From positions 2,760,001 to 2,792,000 of the forward strand of contig NZ_LN831024.1 in assembly GCF_001457615.1 (NCBI RefSeq): a DNA stretch of 32,000 bases, given 5' to 3'. How positions within the stretch are numbered: position 1 is the stretch's first letter; every line of letters starts with the position of its first letter. The translations under genes and the position numbers were made by a program. The notes under the pieces are model-generated. The model had not been told where the DNA came from, searched no databases, and was given only the letters and a program-made list of their open reading frames with translations. This DNA is from Pseudomonas aeruginosa (GTDB lineage: Bacteria > Pseudomonadota > Gammaproteobacteria > Pseudomonadales > Pseudomonadaceae). Of the stretch, positions 25,949 through 32,000 are shown piece by piece.

Positions 25949-27352
25949 TCAGAGCAACCTGATCGGGTAGTCGACCACCACCCGGTATTCGTCGGAGCTG
26001 GAGTTGCCGCGGGTGTTGCCGGGGGCGGTGTAGCCTTCGCCGGGGCGGTGGGTGGCCCAGCGCAGGGTCACGCTGAGGCCCTTGGCCGGGCCGGCGGGGA
26101 AGGCGTAGCGCAGCGACAGGTCGCGTTCCCAGTGCTGGGCGTTCTTGCCATTGGGGTTGTAGAGGTAGCCGTAGCCCGCGCTGTCCGGGTCGACCCGGGT
26201 CAGGTCGGCCTGGCCACGGCCGTAGGCGGCGCCGAACTGCCAGTCCGGGGCGGCGAGGAAGGCCAGGCTGGCCTGGTACTGGATCTTCCACGAGCGCTCG
26301 CCGGGGCCGTTGAAGTCGGCGTACTGCATGGCGTTGCTTTCGTAGAGGAAGGTCCGGTCGTTCTGCGCGATGAAGTCGAACGGGGTGTCGCCATCGACCT
26401 TTTGCAGGCTGAGGCTCAGCGACTGGCCGCCGCCGGCCAGGGTCAGGCCGGCGTTGTAGAGGTCGTTGTCGATCCGGCCGAGCTGGCTGCGGCCCTGGTT
26501 GCGGGTCTTGTAGTAATGCAGCCAGGGCGTCAGGGTCAATTGGCTGGAAAGCCGCCACGGCTGGCTGAGGCCGAGGTAGTGCTGGTTCCAGATATCCTCC
26601 AGGCGGCCGCTGTAGAGCGTCGCCTGGCTGCCGCCGGGGGCGCTGTAGCTGGCGCCCAGCCAGGCGATGTGCGGGCTTTCGCGATCGGCGGCGATACCGC
26701 CCTTGGTGCCGTTGCCGTAGCCGCTGGTGAGATGACTGTGGCCGCTCTGGTTGCGCAGGCGGGTGGCTTCGACGAAGCCGGCGTCCAGTTCGAGCGCGTG
26801 GAAATGGTAGTTCTTCAGGGTCACGCCACGGTAGCTCTGCGGCACCATGCGACTGACGCCGCTGGCGATCACCGGGTTCTCCAGCAACTGGTCGCCGATC
26901 TTCAGCAGGCTGTCCAGGCCGCGCAGCTTGAGGGCCGCGCCGGCCGCCGAGAAGCTGTCGGCGGGGCGACCGGCGGAGTCCAGCGGCAGCACGCCGGCAC
27001 CGCCGCTGCCGCCACCGCCGTCCAGGCGCAGGCCGTAGAAGGCGTGCGCATCCAGGCCGATGCCTATCGGCGTTTCGGTATAGCCGGAGCGGAACGACAG
27101 CATCAGGCCCTGGGCCCATTCGCGCTGGTCGCGGCGGGACGGGGTGTCGTGGTTGTCGCGGGCGAAATAGTAGTTGCGGAGGAAACCGTTCAGCGTCGAG
27201 CCTTCGACGAAGCCCGGCGGCACCTTCATTTCGGCTTTCTGCCGCTGGTTCAGGCCGGTGCTGATGTTGTCGCGATGGCCCAGGGAGTCGTCGGCGAGGG
27301 TCGAGCCCGGACCTATGGCAAGGGCAAGGCAGAGCGTAGCCCCGCGCTTCAT
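25949..27352 (-). CDS. opdJ: OprD-family substrate-specific porin (467 aa from ATG 27352)
   Basis: Signal peptide MKRGATLCLALAIGPGSTLADD. The OprD-family N-terminal FVEGSTLNGFLRNYYFARD and a C-terminus of OprD-family type. The ORF-track start at 27445 would run through the upstream terminator hairpin. The symbol comes only from synteny with PAO1 PA2420 as I recall it. Confidence 0.85.
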   Translation of the reverse strand: MKRGATLCLALAIGPGSTLADDSLGHRDNISTGLNQRQKAEMKVPPGFVEGSTLNGFLRNYYFARDNHDTPSRRDQREWAQGLMLSFRSGYTETPIGIGLDAHAFYGLRLDGGGGSGGAGVLPLDSAGRPADSFSAAGAALKLRGLDSLLKIGDQLLENPVIASGVSRMVPQSYRGVTLKNYHFHALELDAGFVEATRLRNQSGHSHLTSGYGNGTKGGIAADRESPHIAWLGASYSAPGGSQATLYSGRLEDIWNQHYLGLSQPWRLSSQLTLTPWLHYYKTRNQGRSQLGRIDNDLYNAGLTLAGGGQSLSLSLQKVDGDTPFDFIAQNDRTFLYESNAMQYADFNGPGERSWKIQYQASLAFLAAPDWQFGAAYGRGQADLTRVDPDSAGYGYLYNPNGKNAQHWERDLSLRYAFPAGPAKGLSVTLRWATHRPGEGYTAPGNTRGNSSSDEYRVVVDYPIRLL

Positions 27353-27410
27353 GGAGGAATCAGGCATGGGTCCGGTCCGTAGTCGTTGCTGTCCACCAGG
27401 CTCCTGCTCG

Positions 27411-27437
27411 GCAAAAGAAGGGGCGTGCAGCCCCTTC
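27411..27437 (-). terminator. Rho-independent terminator after the isochorismatase-family gene
   Basis: Minus strand reads GAAGGGGC-TGCAC-GCCCCTTC, a perfect 8-bp stem (27417-27424 with 27430-27437), followed by TTTTGCC. Confidence 0.7.
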
Positions 27438-27448
27438 CTTCCCATGGA

Positions 27449-28135
27449 TCACTTGCGCTGCGAATCCAGTTGCTCGTGGTTGTTGACCACGGCCTGGGCC
27501 TTGGCGTAGCTCTCGATCAGCAGTTGGTAGTGCGGGAATACCGCGCTGTAGGCTTCGGCGAACTGCACGGCGTCGTCGCGGTTCCAGGTGCGCTGGATTT
27601 CCGAGCAGACCGCGGCGGTGTCCATCGGCACCACGCCGGCCTGGACCACCCGTGCCAGGGTGATTTCCTGGGCCATCTTGGAGTAGGTGCCGGAGGCGTC
27701 GATCACCGCGAACACCTGATAGCCGTCGTGTACCGCGGCGATGCTGGGGAAGGCCATGCACACGCTGGTGATGGTGCCGGCGATGATCAGTTGCTTCTTG
27801 CCGGTGGCCTTCACCGCGGCGACGAATTCCGGGTTGTCCCAGGCATTGATCTCACCCTTGCGCGCGACGTACTGGGCGTGCGGCGCGGCCTCGTGGATCT
27901 CCGGGATCAGCGGGCCGTTGGGGCCCTGCGGTACCGAGGCGGTGGTGATCACCGGGATCTTCGCCAGGGTGGCGACCTTGGCCAGGGTGGTGGCGTTGGC
28001 GCGCAGTTCGGTCATCGGCATGTCCTTGACCGTCTGGAACAGGCCGCTCTGGTGGTCGATCAGCAACATGGCGGCGTTGGCCGGATCGATCTTCGGGGTC
28101 TGGCCGTTGAAGTTGGCGGGAGCGCTCATTTCCAT
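27449..28135 (-). CDS. Isochorismatase-family hydrolase, YcaC-like (228 aa, or 226 aa from the alternative ATG at 28129)
   Basis: [58 protein letters not shown] (containing the catalytic Cys motif) and VIDASGT closely parallel E. coli YcaC as I recall it. GAGGA is better spaced for the ATG at 28129. Confidence 0.9.
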   Translation of the reverse strand: MEMSAPANFNGQTPKIDPANAAMLLIDHQSGLFQTVKDMPMTELRANATTLAKVATLAKIPVITTASVPQGPNGPLIPEIHEAAPHAQYVARKGEINAWDNPEFVAAVKATGKKQLIIAGTITSVCMAFPSIAAVHDGYQVFAVIDASGTYSKMAQEITLARVVQAGVVPMDTAAVCSEIQRTWNRDDAVQFAEAYSAVFPHYQLLIESYAKAQAVVNNHEQLDSQRK

Positions 28136-28183
28136 TTCCTCTTGCAGGGTGGTCGTCCGTGAATTTCGGGCAAAGCCCGGCCG

Positions 28184-28206
28184 GGCCCGCGCTTCCTGCG
28201 CGGGCC
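28184..28206 (-). terminator. GC hairpin downstream of the pirin gene, a possible terminator or attenuator
   Basis: Perfect 9-bp stem GGCCCGCGC/GCGCGGGCC with a 5-nt loop. No adjacent U-tract, although CTTTG lies 10 nt further on. Confidence 0.4.
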
Positions 28207-28226
28207 ATGTCGTAGGGGGGCGGACT

Positions 28227-29087
28227 TCAGTGGGCGCGGATGAAGCGCCCGTTCTCGAAGTCCTCGATGGCCTGGTCGATTTCCTCGCGGCTGCTCATCA
28301 CGAAGGGGCCGTAGCCGATGATCGGCTCGTCCAGCGGCTCGCCGCTGAGTACCAGCAACTGCACGTCGTTGTTGGCTTCCAGTTCCAGCCGCGGGTCGTC
28401 GCGGTCGAGCAGGGCGACCTGGGCTTCGCGAACGATCTCGTCGCCGACCGCGAGGGTGCCGCGCAGGACCACCACGGCGCAGGTATGTCCCTTGGGCAGG
28501 TCGAGGGCGAGGTGCTTGCCGGCCTTCAGCTGCACGTCCCAGACCGCCAGCGGCGAGTGGGTCAGCGCCGGCCCCTGGTGGCGGCCGTAGCGTCCGGCGA
28601 TCACCCGCAGTTCGCCGGCCCTGTCGGGCAGGCCGACGCGGGGAATGTCGGCATCCAGCAGGGTCTGGTAGCGCGGCGGGTTCATCTTGTCGCTGGAGGG
28701 CAGGTTGACCCATAGCTGGACCATTTCCAGCGTTCCACCTGTGCTACGGAAGCGTTCCGAGTGGTACTCCTCGTGGAGGATCCCGGAGGCCGCCGTCATC
28801 CACTGCACATCCCCCGGCCCTATGCGTCCGCCGGCGCCGGTGGAGTCGTGGTGCTCGACCTCGCCCTGGTAGACGATGGTCACCGTCTCGAAGCCGCGAT
28901 GAGGATGCTGGCCTACGCCGCGGCGCTGCTGTGCGGGGGGGAAATCAGCAGGCCCGGCGTAGTCCAGCAAGAGGAACGGGCTGATATGCTGGCCCAGTGT
29001 GTTGTAGGAAAAGAGCGAACGAACGGGGAATCCGTCGCCCACCCAGTGGCGGTTGGCGTTGCCGTAGATTCCCAGGACCTTTTTCAC
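28227..29087 (-). CDS. Pirin-family bicupin protein (286 aa), GTG start
   Basis: Pirin N-terminal cupin motif [24 protein letters not shown]. The start codon is GTG at 29087 with GAGGAG 7 nt upstream. Confidence 0.92.
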   Translation of the reverse strand: MKKVLGIYGNANRHWVGDGFPVRSLFSYNTLGQHISPFLLLDYAGPADFPPAQQRRGVGQHPHRGFETVTIVYQGEVEHHDSTGAGGRIGPGDVQWMTAASGILHEEYHSERFRSTGGTLEMVQLWVNLPSSDKMNPPRYQTLLDADIPRVGLPDRAGELRVIAGRYGRHQGPALTHSPLAVWDVQLKAGKHLALDLPKGHTCAVVVLRGTLAVGDEIVREAQVALLDRDDPRLELEANNDVQLLVLSGEPLDEPIIGYGPFVMSSREEIDQAIEDFENGRFIRAH

Positions 29088-29126
29088 GTCGGTGCTCCTC
29101 GATTGAGTCGATGGAGCGATACGCTA

Positions 29127-29144
29127 GTTCCCGGGAGTGGGAAC
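29127..29144. promoter_or_regulatory. Palindrome GTTCCC-N6-GGGAAC in the pirin/LysR divergent intergenic region, a candidate LysR operator
   Basis: Perfect 6-bp inverted repeat, located centrally in the 100-bp gap between the divergent start codons at 29087 and 29188. Confidence 0.3.
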
Positions 29145-29187
29145 CGGTAGTCCGCAAATCAAGTCTCAGAGTCTCGCAGGTGGAACG

Positions 29188-30126
29188 ATGAGTGGTGAGC
29201 TGGTGTTCGATCTGAACGCGCTTTTCATCTATGCCAAGGTGGTCGAGCACGGTGGCTTCGCCCCCGCCGGGCGGGTGCTGGGGATTCCCAAGTCGACCAT
29301 CAGCCGCAAGGTCGCGCAGCTCGAGGCGCGCCTGGGCGTACGCCTGGTGCAGCGCTCGACGCGGCAATTCCAGGTGACCGAGATCGGCCAGGCCTACTAC
29401 CGTCATTGCGTGGCGATGACGGTGGAAGCGGAGGCTGCCGAGGACGTCATCGAACAGAACCGCTCGGAGCCGTGCGGAATGGTCCGCCTGACCTGCTCGA
29501 CGCCGCTGCTGCACTTCGAACTGGCGCCGATGCTGGCGCGCTTCATGGCGCAGTATCCGAACGTCGAGCTGTACGTGAAGACCTTCAATCGCCGGGTCGA
29601 CGTGATCGCCGAAGGCTACGACATCTCGCTGTCGCTGCGTTTCCCGCCGCTGGAGGACAGCGACCTGGTGATGAAGGTGCTGGCACGCAGCCCGCAGGTG
29701 CTGGTGGCCAGCCCGGAGCTGCTGGCCCGCTACCGTCCGCCGGAGCTGCCGGCCGACCTGTCGGCGATGCCCTACGTCGGCTGGGAGCGTTCGCGCCTGG
29801 ACGGCAGCCTGCGGCTGGTCGGCGCGGATGGCAGCAGCGCGGCCCTCAACCTGCGCCCGCAACTGCTCAGCGACGACCTCGGCACCTTGCGCCAGGCGGT
29901 GCTGGAGGGCGTCGGGATCGGCGGCCTGCCGCTCTGCGTGGTCAGTCGCGACCTGGCCGAGCGCCGGCTGGTGCGGGTGCTGCCGGAGTGGACGCCGGTG
30001 GAAGGCATGGTGGTGGCAATGTTCCCCTCGCGGCGCGGGCTGTTGCCTTCGGTCCGCGCGCTGATCGACTTTCTCGCCGCAGGCTTCGCCGACGCCGCAC
30101 AGCGCCAGTACCCGGCGCCGGGCTGA
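29188..30126 (+). CDS. LysR-family transcriptional regulator (312 aa)
   Basis: N-terminal wHTH FIYAKVVEHGGFAPAGRVLGIPKSTISRKVAQLEARLGVRLVQRSTR. I prefer the ATG at 29188 (AGGTGGA upstream) to the GTG at 29137. Divergent from the pirin gene. Confidence 0.9.
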   Translation: MSGELVFDLNALFIYAKVVEHGGFAPAGRVLGIPKSTISRKVAQLEARLGVRLVQRSTRQFQVTEIGQAYYRHCVAMTVEAEAAEDVIEQNRSEPCGMVRLTCSTPLLHFELAPMLARFMAQYPNVELYVKTFNRRVDVIAEGYDISLSLRFPPLEDSDLVMKVLARSPQVLVASPELLARYRPPELPADLSAMPYVGWERSRLDGSLRLVGADGSSAALNLRPQLLSDDLGTLRQAVLEGVGIGGLPLCVVSRDLAERRLVRVLPEWTPVEGMVVAMFPSRRGLLPSVRALIDFLAAGFADAAQRQYPAPG

Positions 30127-30129
30127 GGC

Positions 30130-31773
30130 TCAGCGACCGGCGCCCGGGCCGTAGAGTCGGAGCAGTTGCAGGGTCACGCCGTTGGACCAGCCGAAGCCGT
30201 CCTGCAGCGGGTACTCGCCACCGCCGCCGCCGCCCTGGTTGCCGCTGATGTCGTATTTCTCCACCAGTTTTCCTTCGCGGTCGTAGACCTGCTGCACCTG
30301 GGCGAGGAATCGCCGGCCGATGTCTTCCGCCAGGGCGTCCCGGCCGTAGGCGCGCAGGCCCTGTACGGCGACCCACTGCAAGGGTGCCCAGCCGTTCGGC
30401 TCGTCCCATTGCTGGCCGCTGGCACGGGTGGTGGTGGCCAGTCCGCCCGGGCGCAGCAGTTGGGCGGCGACGCTGTCGGCGGTACGACCGGCGCGTTCGG
30501 TGGAGGCCAGCCCGGTGAATAGCGGGAAGAGGCTGGCGGCGTTGATCCGCTCGATGGGCCGCCGGCGTTGCCAGTCGTAGTCGGCGTAGTAGCCCGCCGG
30601 GTGCCAGAGGTGGTCTTCGATGGCCTGTCGTCGCTTCTCCGCGCGGGCGCCGTAGCCTTGCTCGCAGGCCTTCAGCGCGCTGCTGGCGCAGGCCTTGGCG
30701 ATGGTTCGTTCGAGATGGTAGAGCAGGGCGTTGAGGTCCACCGGGACGATGGCGGTGGTGCGGATGCTGGCCAGTTCGCGGCCGTCGTCCAGCCAGCGGG
30801 AGGAGAAGTCCCAGCCGCTTTCCGCGCCGGCCCGCAGGTCGCGATAGACCTCGCCCGCGGGGCGCTGCGGGGCGCGCGCGGCGGTCGCCCGGTCCTCCAG
30901 GAAGGACTCCTGGCGCGGTGTGTCACGGTTGTCCCAGTAGCGGTTCAGCAGGCTTCCGTCGGCCAGTTTCACCACGTGCAGGCGCGCCTCGTTGGGGCGC
31001 AGCCCGGCGGAGCCTTCCATCCAGTAGGCGTATTCCTTCTGTAGCTGCGGCAGGTAGCGCCGGTAGGCGGCGTCGCCTTCGCGTCTTGCCTGGAGGTCCA
31101 CCATGTAGGCGAAGAACGGCGGCTGCGAACGGCTCAGGTAGTAGCTGCGGTTACCGTTGGGAATGTGCCCGTAGGTATCGATCAGGTAGGCGAAGTTGTC
31201 GAGCATGTCGCGCACCCGCTGGTGCTGCCCGCTCTCCGCAAGGCCGAGCATGGTGAAGTAGGAGTCCCAGTAGTACACCTCGCGGAAGCGTCCGCCGGGG
31301 ACCACGTAGGGTTTCGGCAGCGGCAGCAGGCTGCTGTGGGCCGGCACCTGCTCGTAGTGGCGGGTCAACGCCGGCCACAGGTCGCTGATGTGGCTGGCGA
31401 GATCGGCGCCCGCTTCCGGCGGGGCGGTCTCGACGCTGCCGGACTCCTCGAAGTTGCGGCCGACGAAGGCGCGCAGGTCGAAGCCGGGCCGCTCCCTCTC
31501 GCGCAGGTAGTCGGCGCGGATCCGTGCAGGCTCGCGCAGCGGGAGCGCATCGACGAAGTGCTTCTGGTCGCTGAACAACCGGCTTTCCTGCACCGCCTGG
31601 AACAGCTCGGGATAGGCTTCGTCGGGGGCGATCGCGCGTTCGCCGCTGGCGTCCTGCCAACCCCAGGACGAGGACGCGGGCGGGGTAGGCGCCGGGCCCT
31701 GGCTGCAGGCCGCCAGCAGGAGCAGGACCCAGGCTGCGAGCATGGCGCGGGGCAGAGCGGTTCGATCAGGCAT
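30130..31773 (-). CDS. treA: Periplasmic trehalase, glycoside hydrolase family 37 (547 aa), lipoprotein-type signal peptide
   Basis: Trehalase signature 1 PGGRFREVYYWDSYF and signature 2 QWDEPNGWAPLQ. ATG at 31773 with GAGGAG 6-7 nt upstream. Signal peptide MPDRTALPRAMLAAWVLLLLAAC. Confidence 0.92.
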   Translation of the reverse strand: MPDRTALPRAMLAAWVLLLLAACSQGPAPTPPASSSWGWQDASGERAIAPDEAYPELFQAVQESRLFSDQKHFVDALPLREPARIRADYLRERERPGFDLRAFVGRNFEESGSVETAPPEAGADLASHISDLWPALTRHYEQVPAHSSLLPLPKPYVVPGGRFREVYYWDSYFTMLGLAESGQHQRVRDMLDNFAYLIDTYGHIPNGNRSYYLSRSQPPFFAYMVDLQARREGDAAYRRYLPQLQKEYAYWMEGSAGLRPNEARLHVVKLADGSLLNRYWDNRDTPRQESFLEDRATAARAPQRPAGEVYRDLRAGAESGWDFSSRWLDDGRELASIRTTAIVPVDLNALLYHLERTIAKACASSALKACEQGYGARAEKRRQAIEDHLWHPAGYYADYDWQRRRPIERINAASLFPLFTGLASTERAGRTADSVAAQLLRPGGLATTTRASGQQWDEPNGWAPLQWVAVQGLRAYGRDALAEDIGRRFLAQVQQVYDREGKLVEKYDISGNQGGGGGGEYPLQDGFGWSNGVTLQLLRLYGPGAGR

Positions 31774-32000
31774 CGGCTGTCTCCTCTTCGGCAAACGCCG
31801 GGCGCGGATCGGTCGCCGGCGGGGTGCGCCTGGGGCGGCGCGGCAACCCGGCGGGAGGGCCGGGAAGGTCGCTACCCCTGTTTCGGTGAGTCGCGGCGCA
31901 CGAAGTTCCATCGGAAGGATCGCCAGCGTACCTATCGCTTCCGACAGGTCCTTGCGGATGAACTCCAGCGCTTCGCGCAGGTCCGTCGCAGAAGGGGCGC

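Noticed and set aside
25443-27382. 558-aa minus-strand and 479-aa plus-strand ORFs overlapping the porin gene
   Set aside because: These are off-frame and antisense shadows. The OprD-family frame has a signal peptide and family-typical motifs.
30122-30134. The stop codons of convergent LysR (TGA 30124-30126) and treA (TCA 30130-30132) are embedded in a 13-bp palindrome, GCTGAG-G-CTCAGC
   Set aside because: It is a curiosity only. The stem would leave a loop of 1-3 nt and there is no U-tract, so I do not call it a terminator. It probably arose by chance from two TGA codons in mirrored context.
31774-32000. The treA reading frame stays open upstream to the window edge (…ATDLREALEFIRKDLSEAIGTLAILPMELRAPRL…), suggesting a longer protein or a fused upstream gene
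   Set aside because: The ATG at 31773 has a strong GAGGAG SD and is followed immediately by a lipoprotein-type signal peptide, as expected for periplasmic trehalase. Long open frames are common at this GC content. With only 89-227 nt of sequence, an upstream gene cannot be assessed.

Overview
High-GC (about 65%) chromosomal segment. Its gene order matches what I recall of the Pseudomonas aeruginosa PAO1 PA2416-PA2424 region, in reverse orientation. Left third (1-11043): the 3' 11 kb of a giant NRPS that runs off the left edge, with domain order C-A-T / C-A-T-E / C-A-T and no TE, consistent with PvdL modules 2-4. Centre (about 13.3-24.1 kb): a complete, apparently intact type I-F (Csy) CRISPR-Cas locus. 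cas1, cas2/3, csy1, csy2, csy3 and csy4 lie on the minus strand between two 28-bp-repeat arrays in opposite orientation (18 and 17 repeats). Each array has a homologous leader of about 131 bp at the outer end of the locus. Between the NRPS and the CRISPR locus sit a low-GC orphan gene (possibly GNAT-like), a stretch with a frame-switch signature and a BRO-N-domain gene. Right third: a small, possibly frameshifted ORF, a tandem REP-like repeat cluster, then core-type genes: a beta-barrel OMP, an OprD-family porin, a YcaC-like isochorismatase-family hydrolase, pirin, a LysR regulator and periplasmic trehalase treA. I found no convincing undescribed system. The standout system is a canonical, well-studied I-F CRISPR-Cas. 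The less-explained items are the orphan genes on the csy4-side flank, a Cas6f-type hairpin outside the arrays, the mirrored leaders and two small loci with frameshift signatures. All coordinates and counts were read by eye and no database search was possible.
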